Shown piece after piece: positions 8,453 to 17,734 of a DNA stretch of 33,118 nt. The translations under genes were made by a program, and so were the position numbers. How positions within the stretch are numbered: the stretch's first letter is position 1; each line of letters opens with the position of its first letter. This DNA comes from a virus (taxonomy: Duplodnaviria > Caudoviricetes). The notes beneath the pieces were generated by a model, which did no database searches, had not been told where the DNA came from, and saw only the letters and a program-made list of their open reading frames with translations. The stretch is from the IMG/VR virus record IMGVR_UViG_3300032321_000616, positions 1-33,118 of that record. One strand, given 5' to 3'.

Positions 8453-11232
8453 AAAAAGCCCAACTCAATTTAATAGATAAAGCCGTTGCTTTTCTGAACC
8501 CGCAAGGGGCAGTTAATCGGATGATTGCACGACAAAAGCTCGTCAATTTCTCTTACGATGCAGTTAAATATACAAGGGAAAGAAAAGGGCCGAGTGCTCT
8601 TTCTGGTGCGGAAGATTATCACTCTAACTATGACCGAGTAGAGTTGATGAAAAGGGCGAGGGATTTGGCAGAGAATGTTGGCCTTGTTCGCTCCATCCTA
8701 ATGAAGTTCGCAAGCCACACCGCCGCAAACATCTCCTACCAAGCCCGAACCGAGAACCCCGAAGTCAATACAGAGGTTGAGGCATATTGGGCAGAGTGGT
8801 GGGACAAGTGCGATCTAACCACAAGACATACTGGCTCAACCCTTATGCAAGTGGCGATGATGAGTATGTTGCGGGATGGTGATTTCCTTTTCGTTTTGGT
8901 TCGAGACAAGGACGGCAACCTAAAGATTCAAGGCATTGAGGCAGATAGGTTGGGAGACCCATTCAAGGTTTATACAAGCCTAGATTTGATCGGTGGAATC
9001 CATATTGATCGGGATACTGGTGCCCCAAGTGCCTATGATATTTATAGTCGAAGCATTGGCGATTTCTACACCTATCAGACAACCATCCCATCCAGTCAAG
9101 CCTTCCACTTGTTCGACCCGCTCCGCATCGACCAGTACCGAGGAATCTCTGCTTTCCATACAGCCATCAATGATTGCACAGACATCTACGATATTATCAA
9201 CTTCGAGAAGATGGCCGCAAAGAACGCAAGCTCGCAAGCTGGCATTGTGAAGAGGAATAACAACAATGCCTCCGATCTCTCCTCGCTGACAAACGATGAA
9301 GACCTCAATGGCAACACAATCAAGCTAGAGGCGATTGAGTCTGGCAAAATTTCCTATCTAGAACCCGGTGAGGACATCGTGTTCCCAGATGGGCCGAGCC
9401 GACCCTCTGGTGCATTCGCCGAGTTCCACAAGATTCTTTTAAGGAACATTTGCCTTGGCTTGGGCATCCCTTACTCATTCGCCGTAGACCCTTCCGCTAT
9501 GTCTGGCCCGACTGCTCGCCTTGAGATGCAACAAGCAGGGCGAACCTTCCGTAGATACCAGAAGCTCCTAGATGATAAGGTTCTCCGACCCATTAAGAAC
9601 ATCGTTATTGCCGATGGAGTTGCAAGGGGATTGATCGAGAAGAATGTTGGGAGCAGAACGACTAGAGGCATTTTCAATTTCGGGGCGAATGTATCTATTG
9701 ATTTAGGCCGAGAATCCGCTTCCGCAATCTCCGAGTTCAAGACCGGCCTCAGAACTGCCGCCGACATCTACGCCGAGCGAGGCCAAGATTTTGAAAGTGC
9801 TATGCGACAAAGGGCTATTGAGGCCAAGCTGATTAAAGACTTGGCAGAGAAGTATGGCGTAGCCCCAGAAACCATTTCCGATATTGTTACGCCTACACCC
9901 CCACAACCCCAACTACCTCCCGCCCCCGCCCCTAAACCAGTAGTACCCATAGAGGATAAACCAGAGGAGGATGAGGATGAGGGAGGCGATCAGAAGCCAA
10001 TTCCAGAAGACCCCATCGAACCATCCTCCGAAGAATTAGAAGTTAAAAAAAAAGATACTGAAGAAGCACTAGCAAAACTCGACCCAGCGTCTATCAAGAT
10101 GCTGATTGAGGGGATGATGGGCGGGATTGAATTGGCAAAATACGATGGGATTGATTTTACCCCACCACAAGGGGCTAGGGATGCCGCTAAAAGAGCCTTA
10201 GATGTGCGGGAAGGCAAACCAGCCAGCCAAAGGGGAATGACCCCAGTCGGAATCGCTAGGGCGAGAGATTTGATAAATGGAGTGAAGCTATCTCCCGACA
10301 CAGTAAGGCGAATGTTGAACTTCCTGACTCGCCACGAAGTCGATAAGAAGGGCGCAACTTGGGATGAGCAGGGCAAGGGCTGGCAAGCGTGGCACGGATG
10401 GGGTGGAGATGCTGGATATGCTTGGGCAAGGAAAGTGGTTGGACAGATGGAAGCAAGGGACAAGAAAGAACTTGCAGAACCAGCTTCTTGCCCAATCGCA
10501 ACTCAAGACATCAAAACCAACCTAGCCAATAGGCAGACAGCCGTGGACGATGCGAACTACGGCCCAGCCAATCCGAACGAGCCAAACGATGCTTACTGGA
10601 AAGCCAAGGCAGATGAGTTCCAAGGCGATGTAGCCACAGCCAAGAAGATGCTTTGTGGTAATTGTGCGGCCTTCGACCAGAGGAGCAAAGTTCTAGGGTG
10701 CATTAAGAGGGGCATTGGTGAGGACGCAAACGAGGTGGCTATTGCTGGCGATCTGGGTTACTGCGAGATATTTGATTTTAAGTGTGCGGCCAAAAGGACT
10801 TGTGACGCTTGGATTGTGGGCGGGCCGATTACAGATAAGAAAGAAGAACTAGCCCGACCAGTAAGTCAAACCCCAGCCCCTCCAAAGGAACGAATCAAAG
10901 GCTCAAAGGAGAACCCCGAAGGCACAGCATCCACTAGAAGCAAAGCTGGTGACATTGAGATTTCAGAGCAGAACGAAGAAGCCCTCAAGAACAAGATTGC
11001 CGAGTTCAAAGACAAGCACCCATCAAGGAAAGCCCCCACGCTTGGAGCATTGAAGAAAGTGTTTCGTAGGGGGGCGGGTGCGTTCTCGACTAGCTTTAGG
11101 CCAACGATTACCGGGGGAAAGCCAAACTCTAGGAATGCTTGGGCGATGGCTAGGGTGAACAAGTTTCTCAAGATGGCTGGCGGGGGTGAGGTTAAAGAAA
11201 GCTACCGCAAGGCAGACGGCGATCTTCTTTGA
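8449..11232 (+). CDS. Portal protein, lambda gpB family, with a long multi-domain C-terminal extension
   Basis: RARDLAEN, RDGD, IEADRL, RIDQYRGIS, LEPGEDI and GLGIPY are lambda-portal motifs in the first ~480 aa; a Pro/acidic linker and three extra domains follow. Confidence 0.92.
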   Translation: MKKAQLNLIDKAVAFLNPQGAVNRMIARQKLVNFSYDAVKYTRERKGPSALSGAEDYHSNYDRVELMKRARDLAENVGLVRSILMKFASHTAANISYQARTENPEVNTEVEAYWAEWWDKCDLTTRHTGSTLMQVAMMSMLRDGDFLFVLVRDKDGNLKIQGIEADRLGDPFKVYTSLDLIGGIHIDRDTGAPSAYDIYSRSIGDFYTYQTTIPSSQAFHLFDPLRIDQYRGISAFHTAINDCTDIYDIINFEKMAAKNASSQAGIVKRNNNNASDLSSLTNDEDLNGNTIKLEAIESGKISYLEPGEDIVFPDGPSRPSGAFAEFHKILLRNICLGLGIPYSFAVDPSAMSGPTARLEMQQAGRTFRRYQKLLDDKVLRPIKNIVIADGVARGLIEKNVGSRTTRGIFNFGANVSIDLGRESASAISEFKTGLRTAADIYAERGQDFESAMRQRAIEAKLIKDLAEKYGVAPETISDIVTPTPPQPQLPPAPAPKPVVPIEDKPEEDEDEGGDQKPIPEDPIEPSSEELEVKKKDTEEALAKLDPASIKMLIEGMMGGIELAKYDGIDFTPPQGARDAAKRALDVREGKPASQRGMTPVGIARARDLINGVKLSPDTVRRMLNFLTRHEVDKKGATWDEQGKGWQAWHGWGGDAGYAWARKVVGQMEARDKKELAEPASCPIATQDIKTNLANRQTAVDDANYGPANPNEPNDAYWKAKADEFQGDVATAKKMLCGNCAAFDQRSKVLGCIKRGIGEDANEVAIAGDLGYCEIFDFKCAAKRTCDAWIVGGPITDKKEELARPVSQTPAPPKERIKGSKENPEGTASTRSKAGDIEISEQNEEALKNKIAEFKDKHPSRKAPTLGALKKVFRRGAGAFSTSFRPTITGGKPNSRNAWAMARVNKFLKMAGGGEVKESYRKADGDLL
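10044..10061 (+). other. A9 slippage site with a nearby out-of-frame stop
   Basis: GTT AAA AAA AAA GAT (A run 10045-10053); the -1 frame reads AGA TAC TGA. Confidence 0.55.
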
Positions 11233-11234
11233 CA
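11229..11234 (+). promoter_or_regulatory. TTGACA late-module motif (N14 to ATG 11249)
   Basis: Contains the portal TGA stop; 14 nt to the next ATG. Confidence 0.6.
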
Positions 11235-11248
11235 TAATCTAGGCATTT

Positions 11249-12343
11249 ATGCCTTTACCCCTACCTTCCGCTGACGAATCAGAGCAAGACTTTGTTTCCC
11301 GCTTTATGGGAGACGAGCAAGCTATCAGCGACTTTCCAGACGAAACACAAAGGGCGGCGGTTGCCTATTCTACTTATAGGGATGAGGAGATGGAGGAAAT
11401 GGAGCTAGGTGGAGTTAGCATTTTGGAGGTGGGGGAGGCTAAAGGACACGACCTTTTCGTGGATAAGATCAGCCTAGAAACCGCCCTCAAACTTATGAAG
11501 GGAGCAAGGAACGGAATTAAGGTGAAGATCAACCACGGCTCTGGTCTCGAAAGTGTCGTAGCCTTCGCCAGAAATCCCCGCATCGAGGGGGAAAAGCTGG
11601 TGGCCGACCTTCGCCTTCTCCGCAACTCGCCCCACTACGGATTGATTAAAGAGATGGCATCGGAAGCCCCCGACCAGTTTGGGGTTTCATTAGCTTTCGT
11701 GAATGAGTCCGAGACCATTAACGGAAAGGACTACATTCGACCCCAGAGCATCGCCTCTGCTGATTTAGTTTCCAGCCCAGCCGCCACAAACGGATTGTTT
11801 GAGGAGATGGTGAAGTTTATGGAAAAACTCGGTTATGTGCAGGGAGGCAAGACCATCCCAGCCGTAGCCAAAGAAGCCGTGGAGGAAGCTCCACTTGACA
11901 AAAAGGACAAAACAAATATGGAAAACAATTATATGAAAGATATCGAGGACATCAAGGTTCGCCTAGCGGCCATTGAAGATTCGATGAAACCCAAGAACGA
12001 AAAGATGGCCGAAGCCCCTGTAGACGAGCAAGCTGTTGCCAAAGAAGATAAGGCAGTTGCCGAGGGTGCAAAAGCCGAAGGCGAATCTGTTGATGAGGAA
12101 AAGCAAGAGGAGATGAGCGAAGTGGTGAAGAAGGTGTTGACTGAGTTCGGCATTAAGCCCATCCCCGCCTCCCCTTCAATCGAAGTTCCTTCCGAGAAAA
12201 AGGAAGAACCCAAAACTTTTGAAGCTCTCGTGGCCGCCCATAGCGACTACGGAACAAGCAAGCTCAAGGCAATGAAAGCCGTGATGCTATCTAACCCAAC
12301 CGAATACACCGAGGCATTGTCTCGTGGTATTACGAAACTCTAA
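11249..12343 (+). CDS. Prohead protease / scaffold protein
   Basis: Lies between portal and capsid; GEAKGH, KINH, FGVSL and SADLVSSPAATNGLF are prohead-protease-like motifs; acidic coiled C-terminal half. Confidence 0.75.
   Translation: MPLPLPSADESEQDFVSRFMGDEQAISDFPDETQRAAVAYSTYRDEEMEEMELGGVSILEVGEAKGHDLFVDKISLETALKLMKGARNGIKVKINHGSGLESVVAFARNPRIEGEKLVADLRLLRNSPHYGLIKEMASEAPDQFGVSLAFVNESETINGKDYIRPQSIASADLVSSPAATNGLFEEMVKFMEKLGYVQGGKTIPAVAKEAVEEAPLDKKDKTNMENNYMKDIEDIKVRLAAIEDSMKPKNEKMAEAPVDEQAVAKEDKAVAEGAKAEGESVDEEKQEEMSEVVKKVLTEFGIKPIPASPSIEVPSEKKEEPKTFEALVAAHSDYGTSKLKAMKAVMLSNPTEYTEALSRGITKL
11918..12343 (+). CDS. Probable nested in-frame scaffold protein (Nu3-like internal start)
   Basis: In-frame ATG (codon 224) after TTGACA (11895-11900) and an A-rich tract AAAAGGACAAAACAAAT. 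Confidence 0.55.
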   Translation: MENNYMKDIEDIKVRLAAIEDSMKPKNEKMAEAPVDEQAVAKEDKAVAEGAKAEGESVDEEKQEEMSEVVKKVLTEFGIKPIPASPSIEVPSEKKEEPKTFEALVAAHSDYGTSKLKAMKAVMLSNPTEYTEALSRGITKL

Positions 12344-12360
12344 AGAAGGATAATACTAAA

Positions 12361-12720
12361 ATGGCTACAAATATTGACGGTGGTGCAGTTCGCACCTTTA
12401 ACTTTGCCTCGGCGATCTCGGCTTACCGATTCGCAGAGATTCACACGGACGGCACGGCTCGTGCGGCTGTTTCCGGTTCTGCTCGTTGCATTGGTTCTAC
12501 CATTAGCGATGTAGCGGCTGGCGACAACGGAGCAGTCAAGCTGTTCTACCCAACCTTTTTTGCAACCTCCGAGTACGGAATCACCGCTGGCAACCTTGTT
12601 GCTACGACTGGTTCTGGCCTCGTGACCACGGCGGCCGCCAATACTGGCGTCGTCGGAGTTGCCCTCGAAACTGCTCTTGCTGATGCAGTCATCGAAGTCG
12701 CAATTCCTCTAACCCAGTAA
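12361..12720 (+). CDS. Capsid decoration / cement protein
   Basis: 119-aa Ala/Gly/Thr-rich protein immediately before the capsid gene; ends VVGVALETALADAVIEV. Confidence 0.7.
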   Translation: MATNIDGGAVRTFNFASAISAYRFAEIHTDGTARAAVSGSARCIGSTISDVAAGDNGAVKLFYPTFFATSEYGITAGNLVATTGSGLVTTAAANTGVVGVALETALADAVIEVAIPLTQ

Positions 12721-12749
12721 TTTAACCTAAAAAAGAAAGACTAAAATAT

Positions 12750-13715
12750 ATGGCATATGTAAACGGCGGCACAACTATTCGGGCAGACATCAGCCAAGCG
12801 TTGATCGAAGCTCCTCAAGCCGACATCGGTTTGATCGGTTCGCAACTCCTCCCCTTGCAGAATGTAGATGCAAAGGCTGGAACATACCTCAAAGTTCAGT
12901 TGGCTGGTGGGGAACTCTTGACCAACAACGCTCTGGCTCGTGAAAGTGGCTCTAGCTACAGCAGGGGAATTCGTTCCTTCAGCTCGGCAAACTACGTAAC
13001 GAACGAGGTAGGGCTGGAAGAATTAATTCCGGATGATGCGGCCAAGGACTTAAATCGTTTCTTCGCCTACGAGTCTGAAACAGCAAAGTTCTTGCTCCGT
13101 CAGTTGAAGCTCTCCCACGAGAAGCGGGTATCCGATCTTCTCTGGAACGCAACGACTCCCTTCACCATCGCCGATCAAACTCGTGCAGTTGCCTACACCC
13201 AAGCATTAGTGGCAACGGTTGATGTAGCTCGTGATGTGGCGGCGGCTAAATTGGCTCTTGCCCAATATGGTTACGAAGCGAATTGCGTTGCTATGTCTGC
13301 CAATGTGTTTGAGTTGATCAGACGCTCGACCCTCCTCCAGAATCAGTTCTTCGGAGTTATCTCGAATACTGGTGCTAGGTTGTTGAGCGAAGCTGAAATT
13401 GCGGCGGCTCTGGGAGTTCAGAATCTCCTCGTAGGCCGTGCGGCTTACAACACCGCTGGCAAGAACAAAACCTATTCTGGTTCGTTCGTTGTTCCAGACA
13501 CCAAGATCATCGTAGGTCAGATTGCTGGTGGTGAGTTCACCGCTGGTGGAATCGGACGCACCTTGGTCTGGTCGGGTGACTCGGCTGGTGGTTTCGTCTC
13601 TGAAAGCTATCGTGACGAAGCTCGCCGTAGCCAAGTGTTGCGTGTGCGTATGAACACCGATGAGGTCGTAATTGACCCCAATGCGGCGGTTCGTATCACC
13701 ACCAACTTCGCCTAA
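12750..13715 (+). CDS. Major capsid protein (lambda gpE-like)
   Basis: 321 aa, in the expected position, followed by a strong terminator; motifs LEELIPDD, LSHEKRV and ESYRDEARRSQVLRVR. Confidence 0.85.
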   Translation: MAYVNGGTTIRADISQALIEAPQADIGLIGSQLLPLQNVDAKAGTYLKVQLAGGELLTNNALARESGSSYSRGIRSFSSANYVTNEVGLEELIPDDAAKDLNRFFAYESETAKFLLRQLKLSHEKRVSDLLWNATTPFTIADQTRAVAYTQALVATVDVARDVAAAKLALAQYGYEANCVAMSANVFELIRRSTLLQNQFFGVISNTGARLLSEAEIAAALGVQNLLVGRAAYNTAGKNKTYSGSFVVPDTKIIVGQIAGGEFTAGGIGRTLVWSGDSAGGFVSESYRDEARRSQVLRVRMNTDEVVIDPNAAVRITTNFA

Positions 13716-13740
13716 AGATTGTTGGTTGTTTCCTCTGAAG

Positions 13741-13781
13741 AAGGGGGAGTGGGTGAATAACCTGCTCCCCCTTTTTCTTTT
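13741..13781 (+). terminator. Rho-independent terminator
   Basis: AAGGGGGAGTGGGT-GAATA-ACCTGCTCCCCCTT stem followed by a T-rich tract. Confidence 0.85.
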
Positions 13782-13818
13782 AATTGACATCCCTTAATAA
13801 CTAGAAATCCTAGTCTAA

Positions 13819-15474
13819 ATGAAAATCCCTATTTCCCTTTACCTAATCGCTGGAAATGAAGAAGCCCACATTAAGCGAGTCATTGAATCTTTTAAGCCCA
13901 TCGCAGAAGAAGTTATTGTTTGTATGGCTAGGGGGTCAGCTACGCCAGACAAGACAGAAGAGATCGCCCTTTCGCTTGGGGCTAAAGTCATTCATTACAA
14001 GAACAAGAAAACTGATTGGCCTCACATAGACGATTTTGCTTCTGCTAGAAACACAGCCCTTGATGCTTGTAAGAACGAGTGGTCTATTTGGGTAGATGCC
14101 GATGATGTAATGGCAGAGGATGGGGAGAAGGTTTTGCAGGAGGGGTTGGAACAAGCAGAAAAAGTGGGAGCTGAAATTGTTTGCTTTCGTTATCTAGTTG
14201 AGAATGCCGGGTTGAATCCTATTCGAGAGATGGCCTTGCGTAAGGGGTGTGGTAGGTGGAGGAATCGAGTTCACGAAGCCCTTGAGCCGAACGATAGGAA
14301 CAAGTTATTAGCCATTGATAAAGTGTTTAGGATTCACCGCCCAATCACCAGCAAGGCAGATTCAGCAGATAGAAACCATCGCATCCTAGCAGACGAGCTA
14401 ACCTCTACCCCCTTTAATCTTTACTATCAGCACCAAGAGTTTTTCTTGAGGGGTCAAGTGGATAAAGCGATTGAAGTTGGAGAAAGAGCCTTGGCTTTCC
14501 CAGACCTAGACGAAACTCTCAAATACGAACTTCTGTGCAACCTTGGCAGATGCTCACCCAATGAGAAACGATTTAGATATTTGGGGGAAGCTGTTGGGGT
14601 CAATCCCATTCGCAGAGAGGCTTACTTTTATTTGATGGCAGAGTATTCCGCAAGGGGTGATTGGGCAAAGGCTTGGCACTCTGGAAGGGCTTGTATGGCT
14701 ATGCCAAAGCCAAATCTTCACTACTGGAATCAAGTTCACGCAGTCTACGATTGGCAAGCCCTCGATGGATACCGAATGGCCTCTATCTGCTACGGCCAAA
14801 AAGAGGAAGTAGCCAAGCTGGTGAATATGTATCCAAAGCCAAAGATAAGCATTGTCCACGCAACAAGAGGCCGCCCCCAGTTAGCCTTCCAACGAAAGAT
14901 GCAATGGCTGGCTTTGGCTAAAGAACCCCTAGCAGTCGAGTGGTTGTTTATGGTCGATCACGATGAGGCGGTCGATTACACCCCACACGATGGCAAAAGA
15001 GTTAATCCGGGTGGAATTATCAATGCTTGGAATGAGGGGGCAAAGATGGCGAAAAGTGAGGTTATTGTGCAAATGAGCGATGATTGGAGTCCACCAAGGT
15101 ACTGGGATGCCCTAATTTTGAGCAGAATCGACAACCTAGAGGCCGAAAGGGTGCTGGCAGTATCAGATGGCCTACGAACCGATAAACTGCTTTGTATGGC
15201 CATCCTAACGCAAAAGAGGCTACGGAAGCAGGGAGGGTATATGTTCCACCCAAGTTACCAAGATTCGGACGGCATATACTCCGACAACGAGTTTACGGAA
15301 AGAGCCTATGCTGATGATTGTGTAATTGAAGCTAGGGACTTGGTATTTAGGCACGAGAACCCTATGTTTGCAGGGGGCAATCCAGACGAACAACTAAAGA
15401 ACCACAACAAGCCAGAGTTTTATGAGAAAGGAAAAGCCATATATGAAAAACGCAAAGCAAATAATTGGGTGTAG
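13819..15474 (+). CDS. Glycosyltransferase (GT2/GT-A) with TPR-like region and a second GT-A domain
   Basis: ISLYLIAGNEE..I.R, DDFASARN, WVDADD, WRNRVHE; helical TPR-like middle; second domain ISIVHATRGRP...MSDDW...YSDNEFT. Confidence 0.85.
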   Translation: MKIPISLYLIAGNEEAHIKRVIESFKPIAEEVIVCMARGSATPDKTEEIALSLGAKVIHYKNKKTDWPHIDDFASARNTALDACKNEWSIWVDADDVMAEDGEKVLQEGLEQAEKVGAEIVCFRYLVENAGLNPIREMALRKGCGRWRNRVHEALEPNDRNKLLAIDKVFRIHRPITSKADSADRNHRILADELTSTPFNLYYQHQEFFLRGQVDKAIEVGERALAFPDLDETLKYELLCNLGRCSPNEKRFRYLGEAVGVNPIRREAYFYLMAEYSARGDWAKAWHSGRACMAMPKPNLHYWNQVHAVYDWQALDGYRMASICYGQKEEVAKLVNMYPKPKISIVHATRGRPQLAFQRKMQWLALAKEPLAVEWLFMVDHDEAVDYTPHDGKRVNPGGIINAWNEGAKMAKSEVIVQMSDDWSPPRYWDALILSRIDNLEAERVLAVSDGLRTDKLLCMAILTQKRLRKQGGYMFHPSYQDSDGIYSDNEFTERAYADDCVIEARDLVFRHENPMFAGGNPDEQLKNHNKPEFYEKGKAIYEKRKANNWV

Positions 15475-15697
15475 AAAAGCTAAAAAGGGAGAGAATACTG
15501 GGGGGCTTGGTATAATTACTTTTGGGAAATCTCGCATAGACAAAACAAGGTATGTGCTAGTCGATATTACCTATGATGGGAAGGCAGGGAAGGAATTGTA
15601 TGAGGCTGGAATGTTGGCATTAAAGCACGACCCAGAAGCCGTGATTGAGTACGCAATCAAAAAAGCATTAGCGGGAATGGTGAAATGCAAGAAGTAA
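15443..15697 (+). CDS. Hypothetical protein
   Basis: Fills the gap between the GT and MTase genes and overlaps both; start uncertain. Confidence 0.5.
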   Translation: MKNAKQIIGCRKAKKGENTGGLGIITFGKSRIDKTRYVLVDITYDGKAGKELYEAGMLALKHDPEAVIEYAIKKALAGMVKCKK

Positions 15698-16296
15698 CCA
15701 TTCACGATTCTTTTGGGAAAGCCCTCGCAAAGTACAGCGAGGGATTAGATGTTGGACTAGAGATCGGGGGAGGAACTGGGGATGGCTCGACCCAATGTAT
15801 TAGGACAAAAAGGCTATTCAGCATTGAGAACCACCCAAACCGCATTGGTAGGCACTCAATGAACCTATCGGCAAGGGGAGGCGTTTCGGTCAAGGGAACT
15901 GCAACCCTTCCGAAACTCTGGATGAACCAGTTGGATATAGCAGAATTTTACGGCACAAACAAAACTGCACTTAATCAATATCCCCTAGATCAAGTTCTTG
16001 GTTGGTATCACGAATGTATCGAATCTGCCGAACTCTACAGCACAAACGCAATCGAGGATATTCATTTTGACCATAATGTTGATTTTAACTTTGTTCTGAT
16101 TGATGGCTCTCCCTTTTCTGGTGAGGCAGAACTGCGTTGCGTAAGGCCGTTCCTAGCGGAGAGGGCAATCATCGCCTTGGACGATATTAACGACATTAAA
16201 AACTGGGCGAACTACCATAAGCTCAAGGGATTTGCAGAACTGCTCTGGGAGGATTGGTCGGTGCGTAATGGGGCGGCCATATTTGAATTATGCTGA
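15685..16296 (+). CDS. Class I SAM-dependent methyltransferase-like protein
   Basis: LEIGGGTGDGST, FVLIDG, IALDD. Confidence 0.7.
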   Translation: MQEVTIHDSFGKALAKYSEGLDVGLEIGGGTGDGSTQCIRTKRLFSIENHPNRIGRHSMNLSARGGVSVKGTATLPKLWMNQLDIAEFYGTNKTALNQYPLDQVLGWYHECIESAELYSTNAIEDIHFDHNVDFNFVLIDGSPFSGEAELRCVRPFLAERAIIALDDINDIKNWANYHKLKGFAELLWEDWSVRNGAAIFELC

Positions 16297-17057
16297 CCAT
16301 CTTTACCATCGTCCTCAATGGGATGCCCTTTATTGAGAGGCATCTAGCAGAGTTTCAAAAGCTCAAGATTCCTTGGAGATGGAGGATTGTCGAGGGGGTA
16401 AGTGAGCCAGTTGGATGCACCCGGTGGTGTAAGCAAGTTCCAGATAAATGGCATAAGGATTTCAAGAGCATAGACGGAACGCACGAATATCTCAATAGCA
16501 TCCAAGGCGGGAATGTGATTGTTCATTCTCAAGGCAAGCCATTCAACGGAAAGCTAGAGATGATTCAGCAAGCCTTGTTTGGTGTAGATGATGGGGTTGT
16601 AATGGAAGTGGACGCTGACGAGATGTGGAGAGTAGAGCAGATCGAGGGGATTTACGAATGCTTAAAGGGGGCAGAGGAGGGGGCAACGATGCAGTTCCAT
16701 TGTAACTTTTTTGTTGGAGAAAATAAGCGAGTAGTTACTAGGGAGGGTTATGGCTCTAACTGGTATGAGTGGATGAGGGCGTGGAAATGGGGAAAGAGTG
16801 TTTGCTTCACAAGCCACGAACCGCCCCGCCTAAACATCCAGTCTCGCCTAGTTCCAAGGGGAGTGACAGAAACTTGGGGGCTTGTATTCAACCACTATGC
16901 CTATGCAATCCAGAAGCAAGTCGAGTTTAAGGAAGATTTTTATGGCTACAAGGGATTGGTGGATGGTTGGAGGGAATTGCAAAAGACAATCGGCCCAGTT
17001 CGACTGAGCGAATACTTCCCACACCTACACGATAAGAGCGTAGCCGATGACTGCTAA
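16290..17057 (+). CDS. Glycosyltransferase family 2-like protein
   Basis: FTIVLNGMPFI, IVEG, SIDGT.EYL, DXD motif in EVDADEMW, FNHYAY. Confidence 0.75.
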   Translation: MLTIFTIVLNGMPFIERHLAEFQKLKIPWRWRIVEGVSEPVGCTRWCKQVPDKWHKDFKSIDGTHEYLNSIQGGNVIVHSQGKPFNGKLEMIQQALFGVDDGVVMEVDADEMWRVEQIEGIYECLKGAEEGATMQFHCNFFVGENKRVVTREGYGSNWYEWMRAWKWGKSVCFTSHEPPRLNIQSRLVPRGVTETWGLVFNHYAYAIQKQVEFKEDFYGYKGLVDGWRELQKTIGPVRLSEYFPHLHDKSVADDC

Positions 17058-17718
17058 AACAATCAAATACTCCCAGAGGCTAGGAGACATCATTCGTTGC
17101 CTCCCAGCTTGCAAATATCTAGCAGATCAAGGCCACGAGGTGTTCTTTGATTGCTTGCCCCAATACCACGGCATCTTTGAGATGGTTTCCTATGTAAAGG
17201 TTGGGAACAAGGGCGATGTGATAGACCTTGAGATTTGGCCTAACAAATACCAGCAATATCGTTTCTCAAATAAGACTTGGACAGAGTTTGTCTACTCACA
17301 CTCAGCCATTAACAAGGCAGACCCAAAGGATATTCTATTCGACAAGCTGGACGATGCCCCAGCCAAGGGATTACCAGAAGCCTACAATATGGTTGCCCCA
17401 TTTGGAATAAGCCAAGGGCATAAGAGAGACCCCCTGCAAATCATTGTTGAGGCAAGGAAGAAGTGCGGTGGAGATAATTTCTTTGTCCTATGCCAAGAGG
17501 GTACGGAGATTAAGGGATTACAAACCTACACAGCCCCCAATATACCAGAGATGGCTAGGGCGATAAGAGGGGCTAATGAGTTTTGGTCAATAGATAGTGG
17601 GCAAATGGCAATAGCGGCTGGGGTTAGGAAAGAAAGTAAGGTTGTGTATTTCCCTCAAACAATCGAGCCATTCGATAAGGACAATATCTTTATTTGGGAC
17701 AGCGTAGAGATAAATTGA
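17047..17718 (+). CDS. GT-B (GT9/heptosyltransferase-like) glycosyltransferase
   Basis: RLGDIIRCLP at the N-terminus; IRGANEFWSIDSGQMAIAAG. Confidence 0.7.
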   Translation: MTAKTIKYSQRLGDIIRCLPACKYLADQGHEVFFDCLPQYHGIFEMVSYVKVGNKGDVIDLEIWPNKYQQYRFSNKTWTEFVYSHSAINKADPKDILFDKLDDAPAKGLPEAYNMVAPFGISQGHKRDPLQIIVEARKKCGGDNFFVLCQEGTEIKGLQTYTAPNIPEMARAIRGANEFWSIDSGQMAIAAGVRKESKVVYFPQTIEPFDKDNIFIWDSVEIN

Positions 17719-17720
17719 CA
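17715..17720 (+). promoter_or_regulatory. TTGACA late-module motif (N14 to ATG 17735)
   Basis: Contains the upstream TGA stop; 14 nt to ATG. Confidence 0.6.
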
Positions 17721-17734
17721 TAAGGGGTGGGTTT

